NCBI GenBank assembly: GCA_938046775.1
Contig: CALIXB010000026.1
Coordinates: 6,876-70,875 of the forward strand
Reading direction: 5' to 3'
DNA from: an uncultured Candidatus Saccharibacteria bacterium
GTDB lineage: Bacteria; Patescibacteriota; Saccharimonadia; Saccharimonadales; Saccharimonadaceae
DNA: 64,000 bases
In this document: one piece after another, positions 31,613 through 41,324 of the stretch
Numbering within the stretch: position 1 is the first letter of the stretch
Layout: each line of letters begins with the position of its first letter
Translations under genes and position numbers: made by a program
Notes under the pieces: generated by a model
The model's input: only the letters and a program-made list of their open reading frames with translations
What the model was told of the DNA's origin: nothing
Databases searched by the model: none

Positions 31613-32626
31613 ATGAACAGACTTGCAATTATTGTGCTAAACTGGAATGGGTCTGATGACGCCATAGAGTGCATCAAATCTCTAACTAAGCAAGCTTTAA
31701 AACCTACTATCATTATCGTAGATAATAATAGTAGCGACAATTCCGTTTCCGTATTTGAAAAATATATTTCAACGCACAAAAAAGAGGATATTATTTTAAT
31801 AAAAAACTCTACCAATCTTGGTTTTGCTGGCGGCATTAATACAGGCCTAACCTATGCAAGGAACAATAATTTTAAATATATTGGGCTACTTAATCCAGAC
31901 GCAATTGCAGATAAAGAATGGTGTCAAGCACTCGTTGACGAACTATCTGGTCATCCAAAATGCGGCATTACAACTGGAATTTTACAGCGTCGCAACAGTA
32001 AAACTCTCGATACAACCGGCGATTTCTATACCACCTGGGGACTACCCGGTCCACGAAACCGCGACGAGCCTGTTGAAAATGCGCCGAGTAAGCCTGGTGA
32101 AGTTTTTGGCGCGACTGGCGGCGGAGCAATTTATCGCGCGGCAATGTTTAACGATATCGATATGTTCGACGAGGATTTTTTCATGTATTACGAAGATGTC
32201 GACCTCAGTTTTCGCGCCCAACTAGCCGGCTGGAAGGTCCGCTTTACGCCCAAAGCCATCGCTTATCATAAAGTTGGCGCCAGCAGCAAAAAAGTGCCTG
32301 GTCTCGCCGTTTATAATACCTTTAAAAACCTGCCGTTAGTTTTCATTAAAAACGTTCCAGGGAAGTTATTTTGGCATATTGGCCTGCGCTTTTTCTTAAC
32401 ATATTGGCTGATTTTTGCTAGCGCTTTCCGCCACGGCAACGGCTGGCCAGCTTTCAAAGGTATATTAGCCTCAATAATTCGTAAACCTGCTGCCTACAAA
32501 AAGCGCCTAAATATTCAAAAAAACCGCAAAGTCTCTGTCAACTACATCCGCAGTATCATCCACGAAGGGCCGTTACCCAATCAAACTGGGCTGCTGAAAT
32601 TTAAGCGTTTTTTCAGGATAAAGTAA
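31613..32626 (+). CDS. GT2 glycosyltransferase (rhamnosyltransferase-like)
   Basis: VLNWNG, NLGFAGGIN, LNPD, FDEDFFMYYEDVDL. Confidence 0.88.
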   Translation: MNRLAIIVLNWNGSDDAIECIKSLTKQALKPTIIIVDNNSSDNSVSVFEKYISTHKKEDIILIKNSTNLGFAGGINTGLTYARNNNFKYIGLLNPDAIADKEWCQALVDELSGHPKCGITTGILQRRNSKTLDTTGDFYTTWGLPGPRNRDEPVENAPSKPGEVFGATGGGAIYRAAMFNDIDMFDEDFFMYYEDVDLSFRAQLAGWKVRFTPKAIAYHKVGASSKKVPGLAVYNTFKNLPLVFIKNVPGKLFWHIGLRFFLTYWLIFASAFRHGNGWPAFKGILASIIRKPAAYKKRLNIQKNRKVSVNYIRSIIHEGPLPNQTGLLKFKRFFRIK

Positions 32627-32639
32627 TATTCTTAGCGAA

Positions 32640-33590
32640 ATGAAATCAATCACCCTCCTCATCCCTGTCTATAATGAAAAGTCTGTCCTTCCTAAACTAT
32701 TTGATCGCTTAGATGACGTCGCAAAAAATACTCCCAATTACCAATTTGAATTTCTATTCATCAATGATGGCAGCGTCGATGAATCTTTATCTGTTATTAC
32801 TAATCAAACCCAGAAAGATACCCGCATCAGCTATATTAATCTGTCGCGCAACTTCGGTAAAGAAATAGCAATGCTCGCCGGAATTGACCATGCCGAAGGC
32901 GATGCTGCCGTGATTATTGACGCTGATTTGCAAGATCCGCCAGAGTTAATAAAAGAGATGATTGCCTACTGGGAAGATGGTTATGATGATGTCTATGCTC
33001 GCCGCAGCAGCCGGCAGGGCGAAACTTGGCTAAAGAAAAAAACTAGCCAGTGGTATTACAGAATCCTCCAAAAATCGACCAGCATTCCTATTCAGGTTGA
33101 TACCGGCGATTTTCGCTTGCTGGATCGGCGCTGTATTGAGGCGCTGCGGCAATTTCGCGAATCCCAGCGCAATACTAAAGCAATTTTCAGTTGGATTGGC
33201 TATAAGAAAAAGGAGATTTTTTACGATCGCGACCCCAGATTGGCTGGCCAGACTAAATGGAATTATCGCAAATTAATCAACCTAGCTATTGACGGTATCA
33301 CTAGTTTTACCACCGCGCCACTGCGAATGGCTACCATCTTTGGATTTATCATTTCCTTCGTAGCTTTCTGCTGGATTATCTATCTTTTAGTTCGCCCTTT
33401 GTTCGGAGTTCCGACTGGCGCCGGCTATTCTTCCTTAATGGCGGTTATCCTATTCTTAGGCGGCGTTCAGCTATTATCCTTAGGGATAATTGGCGAATAC
33501 GTCGGCCGAATATTTATTGAAACTAAAAATCGTCCATTATATTTAATTGAGGAATATCATGCAGGAAATCGCAAAAAAGCACGCCGATAA
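32640..33590 (+). CDS. GtrB-like bactoprenol glycosyltransferase (GT2)
   Basis: LSRNFGKE, DADLQDPP, GDFRLLD, GEYVGRIF.E.K.RP. Confidence 0.9.
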   Translation: MKSITLLIPVYNEKSVLPKLFDRLDDVAKNTPNYQFEFLFINDGSVDESLSVITNQTQKDTRISYINLSRNFGKEIAMLAGIDHAEGDAAVIIDADLQDPPELIKEMIAYWEDGYDDVYARRSSRQGETWLKKKTSQWYYRILQKSTSIPIQVDTGDFRLLDRRCIEALRQFRESQRNTKAIFSWIGYKKKEIFYDRDPRLAGQTKWNYRKLINLAIDGITSFTTAPLRMATIFGFIISFVAFCWIIYLLVRPLFGVPTGAGYSSLMAVILFLGGVQLLSLGIIGEYVGRIFIETKNRPLYLIEEYHAGNRKKARR

Positions 33591-33993
33591 ACTACGTTTT
33601 ACCATTGTCGGCAGTATTAATACGGTAATTGACTTTAGTATTCTCTTTACCTTAACTATACTCTTTAATGTCCCGAAAGAATTGGCTAATTTTATATCAA
33701 CTTTTGTTGCCTTTTTGTTCTCTTTCTTTGCCAATAAGAAATACACTTTCAAATCAACATCTAAAAACCTAAAAAGACAATTCTTATTGTTTACCGTTGT
33801 TACTCTCTTTGGCCTGTGGGTCATTCAAACGATTATTATTGCTGCCATCACGCCAGTATTTACCAATCTTGGCGTAAATAAACCAGCAGCCTTACTTATT
33901 AGCAAGCTAATCGCCACCGTCGCCAGTCTTATCTGGAATTACACGCTCTATTCTAAAGTAGTCTTTAAAAAGCCTAAGAGCTTTTCTGACTAA
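33559..33993 (+). CDS. GtrA family flippase-like protein
   Basis: RFTIVG..NT.ID, NKKYTF, WNY.L...VVF. Confidence 0.85.
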   Translation: MQEIAKKHADKLRFTIVGSINTVIDFSILFTLTILFNVPKELANFISTFVAFLFSFFANKKYTFKSTSKNLKRQFLLFTVVTLFGLWVIQTIIIAAITPVFTNLGVNKPAALLISKLIATVASLIWNYTLYSKVVFKKPKSFSD

Positions 33994-34435
33994 TAATCAG
34001 CTGACGATCCCGACCTTCACCTTCAGAGTGTGTCTCAATATCACTATACTCACTCGCCAAATGATGCACCGTCCAGCGGTCAGCCGCATTCAAATTGACG
34101 ATTTTTGACTCGCCAGTTCGGCGAACTTCCTCAATCCAGCCACGTGCTTTTTCAATAATTTTCTCAGCATGCTGCTTTTTATAGTCGGCAATATCCAAAT
34201 TCACCCGAACAGTCGAAGCTTTTTTATGATGAAGCGCTGTCGACAAAAGGGTCTGGATGCTGCGCAAAGTTTCCGCACCCCTACCAATCAAGATACTACT
34301 TCGTTCGCTGCGCGGAATTGAAGCTATAATAATTCCATCCTCAATTTTTACAGCAACCTCCAGGTTTAAATCAAAAAATGTTAATAAATCTTCCAGATAT
34401 TTTTTTACGAATTCAATAGTTTCGATTTGATCCAT
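33974..34435 (-). CDS. jag: Short Jag/KhpB-like KH + R3H RNA-binding protein
   Basis: LIGRGAETL (KH), R..VH and SEGEG.DR (R3H); downstream of yidC. Confidence 0.8.
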   Translation of the reverse strand: MDQIETIEFVKKYLEDLLTFFDLNLEVAVKIEDGIIIASIPRSERSSILIGRGAETLRSIQTLLSTALHHKKASTVRVNLDIADYKKQHAEKIIEKARGWIEEVRRTGESKIVNLNAADRWTVHHLASEYSDIETHSEGEGRDRQLIISQKSS

Positions 34436-34444
34436 ATTTCCTCC

Positions 34445-35368
34445 TTAACCTTTAGCCTTGATCCGCGTTATTCGCGCTTCTGTTGCCTGTTTAGCGCGCT
34501 TTTTCGTCTTGGCTGACGCTATAGACCTTTGAGAGGCTGTCTTTTTATTTGCAACTTCTTCCATTTCCAAAGAGTCTTGTTTAAGAATAATATGATTCTG
34601 TAAATATCCTACTGCACTAGCGGTTGCCAAATAAAGAGCTAAAGCTGCTGGTAGATATATAGTCACCATAAACATCATTAGTGGCATAAATTTCATCATC
34701 TTTCGAGTCATAATAGCATTCACTTCTGACTGATCAGCTTCTTTACCGCCACCAGCCTCAGCCAAGATATCTCGTAATTTGCGCTTACTGTCCGACTGTG
34801 GAGATAGCTGTTTTGAGGTCAAATATTGCAGATAGGCAGCAACTCCCGCCAGAACTAATAGCCCAATAATAACTCCATCTTTCGACACAGCGTGCTGAGT
34901 TAAGTCTATAACACCTAAGAAGTTCTGATTAAACTGGTCTGGATTATTAACCAGATTATTAGCTACTGGAAGATTTTTTACAAAATCATAAACATATTTA
35001 CCCAGATCAGCACGACTAGAAACGAAAATCTGCACCACGCGGTACATCGCAATCAAAATCGGTAATTGGATGATTAAAACGCCTATAGAGCCAAACGCAC
35101 TTATATTATGTTTTTTATAGAGATCCATCATCGCCAAATTACGCATCTGCGGATTTTTGGCATATTGTTTTTTAATCTTAGCCAGCTCAGGCTGCATCTT
35201 GCGCATTGCCTTTGCCTGATGAAGCTGTTTCTTAATCAATGGCCATAGTAATAACCTTACTAAAATCGTAAAGACAATAATACTAATACCAAAATCTGGA
35301 ATTAGACTATAGATAGCCATCAACAGATTAAGAATCGGCCTAACAATAAACTCATCAAAAAAACTCAT
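34445..35368 (-). CDS. yidC: Membrane protein insertase
   Basis: FGISIIVFTILVRLLLWPL, QPEL, IQLPIL, LALY; synteny. Confidence 0.92.
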   Translation of the reverse strand: MSFFDEFIVRPILNLLMAIYSLIPDFGISIIVFTILVRLLLWPLIKKQLHQAKAMRKMQPELAKIKKQYAKNPQMRNLAMMDLYKKHNISAFGSIGVLIIQLPILIAMYRVVQIFVSSRADLGKYVYDFVKNLPVANNLVNNPDQFNQNFLGVIDLTQHAVSKDGVIIGLLVLAGVAAYLQYLTSKQLSPQSDSKRKLRDILAEAGGGKEADQSEVNAIMTRKMMKFMPLMMFMVTIYLPAALALYLATASAVGYLQNHIILKQDSLEMEEVANKKTASQRSIASAKTKKRAKQATEARITRIKAKG

Positions 35369-35392
35369 ATCCTGATTATAGCAAAAATACTA

Positions 35393-35740
35393 CTATTTAT
35401 ACAGTTTTGCCTGAGAAAGGATATTCTTTATGACTTGTTTTAAATCCTTATGCGGCATCAATAACACTTCTGCTGAAAATATAATAATAGCAACGTCTTG
35501 ATCATTTTTTAGATATGGCAGTTCTAGGCGAATAATTTCATAAACCCGTCGACGTATTCTGTTCCGCCGCACTGCTGATTTTAAAACCTTTTTACTCACA
35601 ACTACCGCGAATCTACTGTGACTGCGGTATGGGTTTTTCACATATTTTACAGTAGCTATAGAAGAACGAGCCGCTTGTCCATTTTTATAGACAAATTTCA
35701 GACTACTATGACCGTGAAAACGATTACATTGTTGTAACAT
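35393..35740 (-). CDS. rnpA: Ribonuclease P protein
   Basis: VVSKKV.KSAVRRNRIRR (RNR motif). Confidence 0.93.
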   Translation of the reverse strand: MLQQCNRFHGHSSLKFVYKNGQAARSSIATVKYVKNPYRSHSRFAVVVSKKVLKSAVRRNRIRRRVYEIIRLELPYLKNDQDVAIIIFSAEVLLMPHKDLKQVIKNILSQAKLYK

Positions 35741-35756
35741 ATTTTACAATTATATC

Positions 35757-35788
35757 AAAAAATCCCGCCTACATCGACGGGATTTTTT
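35757..35788 (-). terminator. Intrinsic terminator after rpmH
   Basis: AAAAAATCCCG-N10-CGGGATTTTTT inverted repeat. Confidence 0.75.
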
Positions 35789-35798
35789 ATTCGCTAGA

Positions 35799-35936
35799 TT
35801 AAATAGCAATTTTAGCACGACCCTTCAAACGGCGTCGCTTCAAGACCATCCTACCGGCCTTAGTAGAAACTCGCGCTCTAAAACCGTGCGTCCTTGCACG
35901 ATGTCGAGTGTGTGGTTGAAATGTTCGCTTTGGCAT
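35799..35936 (-). CDS. rpmH: 50S ribosomal protein L34
   Basis: MPKRTFQP...HGFRAR.STKAGR.VLKRRR.KGR. Confidence 0.95.
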   Translation of the reverse strand: MPKRTFQPHTRHRARTHGFRARVSTKAGRMVLKRRRLKGRAKIAI

Positions 35937-35984
35937 ATCAAGAAATAGTATATATTTTTTTAGCATTTTTTGCAAGTCGCTAGC

Positions 35985-36110
35985 CACTTTTCCACTACCA
36001 TGGCTAATTTTTCCACAGTTTTAACAGATGTATTTTTTAATTGTGGAAAACTCCACCCCTGTTTTCCTTTACATTACAGTTTCCGGAATTGTACTTGTGG
36101 AAAACTATTA
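35985..36110. promoter_or_regulatory. DnaA-box cluster upstream of dnaA (oriC part 1)
   Basis: TTTTCCACA at 36009; TGTGGAAAA at 36042 and 36096; TTTTCCACT at 35988. Confidence 0.8.
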
Positions 36111-36159
36111 ATATTTGCTATAGTAAAGATAGTTAAAGAATTTGAGGGAGTAAGTTTTC

Positions 36160-37515
36160 GTGGATAGTCATGCAGTTTGGCAGGGTGTGTTGGGTGAAAT
36201 TGAAGTAACTGTATCGTCATCATCTTTTACGGCGTGGTTTAAAAACACGAAACTAGAAATAATATCAGATAAAGAAATCTCAATAATTGCCCCAAATATT
36301 TTTGCTCGCACTCAACTCGAAAAGCGTTTTCACCCACAAATACTTGAAGCTTTATCTCATAACGGAATAAATTCTCCATCAATATCCTACCACGTTGAAT
36401 CCAGCAATAAAAAGCCTCGTATTAACCGTGAAATCACTAAAACTGAGAGCCAGGAATCGTCAGCTCCGCTCATCTTACCATCAAAAAAATCTCACGCCAG
36501 TAATCTAAACCCTCGCTACACATTTGATAATTTTATCGTTGGTTCTAGTAATGACTTAGCTTACGCTGCCTGTCAGGCCGTCGCCTCTCACCCCGGAGAA
36601 AAATATAACCCGCTTTATTTGTATGGCGGATCTGGACTTGGTAAAACTCACTTAATGCAAGCGGTTGGTAATGAAATAATTAGAAAACAACCATCCGCCC
36701 GCGTACTATATATCACCACAGAAACTTTTGTGAATGAATTCCTTGACTCAATTCGCTTTAAGAAAAAGGGTTTTTCGGATAAGTACCGCAATGTTGACGT
36801 CCTAATCGTTGATGATATGCAATTTATTGCCGGCAAGGAAAAAACTCAGGATGAATTCTTCCATACGTTTAATGACCTTCATCAGAACAACAAACAGATA
36901 ATTATTAGCTCCGATAAACCACCGAAGAGTATTCCGACTTTAACTGATCGTTTACGTAGTCGCTTCGAATGGGGTATGGCAATTGATATTCAGATGCCAG
37001 ATTATGAGACTCGTTGTGCTATAATCAAAGCGAAGGCTGAGCTCAGTAATACCGAATTAGATTCTGATGTCATAGAATACTTAGCAACTAACTTTAAAAC
37101 AAATATTCGCGAATTAGAGGGCGCATTAAACCGGCTCTTAGCGTATGCGGAAATGCAAAACTTTACTCCAGACCTTATGGCGGCTGAGGGTATTTTAGGC
37201 GATATCAAGCGCAGTCGCCCACAGCATGTCACCGCCAAGCAGATTATCGATAAGACTGCTCGCTATTATAATATCGACGTGAAAGATATGTGCTCGTCCA
37301 GGCGCGATAAGTTTATTGCCACACCGAGGCAAATTGCTATGTTCCTTCTGCGCAGTGAGCTGAAAATGAGTTTTCCGAAAATCGCCCAAGAGCTTGGAAG
37401 AAAGGACCACACTACCGCCATGCACTCAATTGAAAAAATTACTAAGGAAAGCCTTACTAATGTCAGTATTCGTGAACAAATTAATGATATTAAGGATAAA
37501 TTATATGCTCATTAG
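36160..37515 (+). CDS. dnaA: Chromosomal replication initiator
   Basis: YTFDNFIVG, GGSGLGKTHL, DDMQF, RELEGAL, GRKDHTT. Confidence 0.97.
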   Translation: MDSHAVWQGVLGEIEVTVSSSSFTAWFKNTKLEIISDKEISIIAPNIFARTQLEKRFHPQILEALSHNGINSPSISYHVESSNKKPRINREITKTESQESSAPLILPSKKSHASNLNPRYTFDNFIVGSSNDLAYAACQAVASHPGEKYNPLYLYGGSGLGKTHLMQAVGNEIIRKQPSARVLYITTETFVNEFLDSIRFKKKGFSDKYRNVDVLIVDDMQFIAGKEKTQDEFFHTFNDLHQNNKQIIISSDKPPKSIPTLTDRLRSRFEWGMAIDIQMPDYETRCAIIKAKAELSNTELDSDVIEYLATNFKTNIRELEGALNRLLAYAEMQNFTPDLMAAEGILGDIKRSRPQHVTAKQIIDKTARYYNIDVKDMCSSRRDKFIATPRQIAMFLLRSELKMSFPKIAQELGRKDHTTAMHSIEKITKESLTNVSIREQINDIKDKLYAH

Positions 37516-37760
37516 TTGTGGAAAAGCTGTGCAGACCCTGTGTTTTTTTGGCGGATTACTAACACACAGATCTGTGGAAATAATGAATTACTATGTTAAG
37601 CAGTGGAATAATAGAATAATATCCACCATAAAGCCCACAATCAATACACAGAGTTTTCCACCTATAAAATCGACCAATTACCTCTGTTTGAACACATTTT
37701 TTACCCAGTTTCCACAACGCCTATTATTACTAAGACTAATTAAAAATTAAGGAAAGTATA
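37516..37760. other. oriC part 2: DnaA boxes, GC spacer, DnaA-trio-like repeats and AT-rich unwinding region
   Basis: TGTGGAAAA 37517, TGTGGAAAT 37573, tandem TTTTACCCA/GTTTCCACA 37699-37716, then ACGCC-TATTATTACTAAGACTAAT. Confidence 0.8.
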
Positions 37761-38858
37761 ATGAAAGTATCAGTCACTCAAGAAAAACTTGCAAAATCTC
37801 TTAATCTCATCAAAGACATTGCTTCAAGTCGTAATGAGTTACCAATATTAAACAATATTTTACTACGCACTGATGGCGGTCGATTATTGATCGCTGGAAC
37901 AAATTTGGAAATTGCCTCTACTCAATATATTGGCGCTAAAATTGATAAGCATGGCTCAATTACTATCCCTGCTCGCTTGGTCTCAGAGTTTATTTCAAAC
38001 TTACCAAACGGTATTGTTGAGCTTGAAGTCAAAAATGAGCATCTTCATATTACTTCAGGTAAATTCTCATCAGTTATCAATGGTGTAGTGGCGGATGAGT
38101 ACCCGGAATTGCCGACAATTGACGAAAAAGCTGCCATCCAATATGAAATCGATGTTGAAGATTTAAAGAAGGCGATAATCCAAACGAAAATTGCAGTTAG
38201 TTCTGACGTGACGCGGGCAGTTTTAACTGGCGTGTATTGGCATAATCACGAAGGTTCGTTATATCTAGCAGCTACTGATGGTTATCGATTGGCAGAAAAA
38301 AGACTATCTAAGTCTAATGATGAAGTGTCAGCTATTATCCCCGCTTCGACACTTTCAGAGGTAAGCAAGAGTGTTGGTGAAGAGAAAAAAATCACCGTTC
38401 TCTTTGATGAATCTCAGGTGTGCTTCAGAACGGGAGATATGGAAATTGTTAGTCGGTTGATTGACGGAAAATTCCCTGATTATCGTCAATTGATTCCGTC
38501 AAATTCAGAGACGGAAATCGTTATTAAAAAAGCTGATTTTAGTAGAGTGACAAAGATTGCAGCATTATTTGCGCGTGAATCTGGTGGCGGAATAACCGTG
38601 ACTGCCTCAAAGGAAAACTCCCTATTATCTATCCACTCAATCGCATCTGAGCTAGGTGAAAACACCTCAGAAGCTTCGGCTTCTATATCAGCTGACGGTC
38701 AAGTAACACTTAATTCGCGCTATTTAACGGAAGTTCTGAATATTATTGATGCTGACGAAATTACATTCTCGTTTAATGGTAAATTATCGCCATGTGTCAT
38801 CCGAGAGCAGGTAAAAAACCCTGATTATACACACATTATTATGCCACTTAAGAGCTAG
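37761..38858 (+). CDS. dnaN: DNA polymerase III beta clamp
   Basis: LPILNNILL, ATDGYRL, SRLIDGKFPDY, IIMP. Confidence 0.96.
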   Translation: MKVSVTQEKLAKSLNLIKDIASSRNELPILNNILLRTDGGRLLIAGTNLEIASTQYIGAKIDKHGSITIPARLVSEFISNLPNGIVELEVKNEHLHITSGKFSSVINGVVADEYPELPTIDEKAAIQYEIDVEDLKKAIIQTKIAVSSDVTRAVLTGVYWHNHEGSLYLAATDGYRLAEKRLSKSNDEVSAIIPASTLSEVSKSVGEEKKITVLFDESQVCFRTGDMEIVSRLIDGKFPDYRQLIPSNSETEIVIKKADFSRVTKIAALFARESGGGITVTASKENSLLSIHSIASELGENTSEASASISADGQVTLNSRYLTEVLNIIDADEITFSFNGKLSPCVIREQVKNPDYTHIIMPLKS

Positions 38859-39495
38859 TGGAAAATGGTGATAACCTAGATGCTGCTTCGGATAAAATTT
38901 CTTCTGGAATATTTTTAGTGTTGTAAGTGGTATTGATAATTTGTGGTCTAGTTTTAATTGTCCATTTATTATTTTCTTTTTTTAATATGACAGTGTAGAT
39001 GTCTCCTGAATTTCTATCTATATCCTCTCTTTGATAGGTGGCGGCATACCAATCGATATTCTTTCCTAATATAATTTCCTTTTTAAGTATGAAAGATGAT
39101 TTCAACTCTGGGTATTTAGTAAATAATACAGCTGAAATGTCATTTTTGTATTCGGCTATTTTATTGGACATAAATTTCTTGCTGTAGCTGGTTTTTATAG
39201 ATACATCCTTGTCTGATCCTTCGACTGTAAATTCTGTGTAATTTTCATTGATATGTCCAGACTTAGATGAGGTTTTAATTATATATTTGCCATCTGATAA
39301 TTTTATTTTAGTATCTCCTTCTAACGATATAATCTCGGTGTTAGTTTTTGCATTATTGCGATATATTTTAGCCGATAAGTCTGGTTTGTCGAAAAATATA
39401 GAAATAGTATATGTTGGACGAATGAAGAAAAAAGCTAATAATAATAGTACGACCATTATAGAACTTATTATTATAATAATATTTCTTCGATTCAT
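38848..39495 (-). CDS. Membrane-anchored hypothetical protein (PEGA-like domain), T4SS-like operon
   Basis: N-terminal TM, LSDGKY.I...K.G pattern; tight coupling to upstream genes. Confidence 0.55.
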   Translation of the reverse strand: MNRRNIIIIISSIMVVLLLLAFFFIRPTYTISIFFDKPDLSAKIYRNNAKTNTEIISLEGDTKIKLSDGKYIIKTSSKSGHINENYTEFTVEGSDKDVSIKTSYSKKFMSNKIAEYKNDISAVLFTKYPELKSSFILKKEIILGKNIDWYAATYQREDIDRNSGDIYTVILKKENNKWTIKTRPQIINTTYNTKNIPEEILSEAASRLSPFSTSS

Positions 39496-39498
39496 AAA

Positions 39499-40107
39499 TT
39501 ACTCCTTAAACGCATTGGCATAATTTCTAAAAATAATATTTAGTTTTGATGGATCAAATCCTTGTTCTTTAATTTTATTAATAGCAGCATTTCTATATCC
39601 TTCTATAGTATCGATCTCTACAATAATACCATTTGGGATATTTGGATCTACTCTATAGCCTATAGAGTAGATTAGATTTTTGATAGGTAATTTTTTAATT
39701 ATTGGATTTGCATCTTCTAATGCTTTTTGCTCGTCAACAAGTTTGTCTGTTGTAATTTTGTCTATTTCAGCGCCCCTAGAAGATGATTTTAACTCTTTAA
39801 TTGCCTCTTGAGTAATTGGAATAAGTGAAAATACTATCCTTAGTGGTTTATCTTTCTTTACTTCTATATGAACGGTTTCGCTCTTAAATCCATCTCTAAA
39901 TGCTTTAAAATCATATATTCCTGGTTTTAGATATATAACTTGTGATCCGATAATTTTTTTATTTTCTACGGTAATTTCTGCTTTATTTGGTGAGACTAAT
40001 AAAAATACTGGTACCGTATTAATTCTGGATGTATATATGACAATTCCGTAGGCTAATATAATAAGTGATGATAAAAATAGTAATATACTAATTATTCTTT
40101 TATTCAT
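39499..40107 (-). CDS. Membrane-anchored PEGA-like domain protein, T4SS-like operon
   Basis: N-terminal TM, LKPGIYDFKAFRDGF. Confidence 0.6.
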   Translation of the reverse strand: MNKRIISILLFLSSLIILAYGIVIYTSRINTVPVFLLVSPNKAEITVENKKIIGSQVIYLKPGIYDFKAFRDGFKSETVHIEVKKDKPLRIVFSLIPITQEAIKELKSSSRGAEIDKITTDKLVDEQKALEDANPIIKKLPIKNLIYSIGYRVDPNIPNGIIVEIDTIEGYRNAAINKIKEQGFDPSKLNIIFRNYANAFKE

Positions 40108-41324
40108 TATTTTTTCCTATACCAAGTTACGCTTGGAGAAGTTAAACTTTCACCTCCTGCTTTTGGTGCATATTCGCATTGTGAAGCAGATGCTATTTTT
40201 GAATCAAAACCCTCTATATCGCCAACGTAAACAAAGGTATGTCCTGGGCTGTGTGCGACATCACCGGGTTTAAGATCTGCTATATTTATTGAGCTACCAT
40301 TACCGAGAGTTTGCCAGTTAGCCTCTGCCCATGCTCTCTGTACGCTAGTTGGGCCAGCCTTACCGTTTTCGCCTCCGTAATTATAGTTCTTATCAAATCC
40401 ACTGTCATTTAGTATCGTTGTCACAAAGGCGCCACAGTCTACACCGCCCCCAAGACAAGAATCTCCAATGTATCTATTCTCGCTTTTTGCCTTTTCTATA
40501 GCTTTTGCATATTCAGGTTTTTTATCTGTACGTACGGTTTTTTCTGGCCAGGCATAACGTTTGACATAGTCGATAAAGTCGCCGCCACTTGATGAAGAGC
40601 ATCCTCCTCCGCTTCCGCCCGTACCATTAAATCTTTCATAAATCTTTTGAGCAGCAGCGCCACGTATATTTTTGACCTGCTCTTTAGTCATAGCTGATTT
40701 TTCAAAATCATCATGCCAAAAAACAGTAGCTTCCTCTACTGTTTTTAAGGTTTTTAGTAGCTCCCAAGAATTTGACGCAGTACCGAATCCAGAAGCAGTA
40801 ACGGGCCTTTCCGTTCCTTCTTGAACTAGATACTCTAATTCGAAAATTAATAATTTATCGTTATCTTCTACAGGAATAGAGTCTATCATTCCTTTTTCGT
40901 TGGGTGCGCCACCATATTCTTGACTGTAATATTTTTTTAGATCGGATGGTATTTTATTAGCTATTAAAGTACGCCTTCCAAATGTCCATTGAGCAAGACC
41001 CCATCCTCCGGATTCCCATCCCTGTCCTACTTCGTGCCTAGTAGGACTAAATCCTGACTCTGCTTGAATATTAGCCATCACACCAGCTGTCTGTTCAGCG
41101 CTTAATCCTACGTTGCGCAAATACCCCCAAATCTTCTCTTGGTTGTCTGATCCTGACACTCCATTAGAAGATGATCCGGAGCAAGTTGTTGAATCATTTG
41201 CTTTGTACCAAAGAATATCGTTTGTTACATATGAATCGGGATATCCTGTCGCTAAAGATACTGGCTGCATAGTAATAGCAAAAGATATAGCAAAGCAAAG
41301 AGTAATGGACAACTTTTTATACAT
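40107..41324 (-). CDS. Secreted bifunctional peptidoglycan hydrolase: phage-tail-lysozyme domain + NlpC/P60-like domain
   Basis: AGVMANIQAESG, GLAQWT..R, FEK; C-terminal DCGAFV...PGD...GHT. Confidence 0.8.
   Translation of the reverse strand: MYKKLSITLCFAISFAITMQPVSLATGYPDSYVTNDILWYKANDSTTCSGSSSNGVSGSDNQEKIWGYLRNVGLSAEQTAGVMANIQAESGFSPTRHEVGQGWESGGWGLAQWTFGRRTLIANKIPSDLKKYYSQEYGGAPNEKGMIDSIPVEDNDKLLIFELEYLVQEGTERPVTASGFGTASNSWELLKTLKTVEEATVFWHDDFEKSAMTKEQVKNIRGAAAQKIYERFNGTGGSGGGCSSSSGGDFIDYVKRYAWPEKTVRTDKKPEYAKAIEKAKSENRYIGDSCLGGGVDCGAFVTTILNDSGFDKNYNYGGENGKAGPTSVQRAWAEANWQTLGNGSSINIADLKPGDVAHSPGHTFVYVGDIEGFDSKIASASQCEYAPKAGGESLTSPSVTWYRKK

Noticed and set aside
35970..37750. ORFs 35970-36167 and 37394-37750
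   Set aside because: They run through DnaA-box clusters of oriC and have no protein-like features
40107..41324. Prophage suggested by phage-tail lysozyme domain
   Set aside because: No capsid, terminase, portal or tail genes; the domain sits in a secreted T4SS-operon protein
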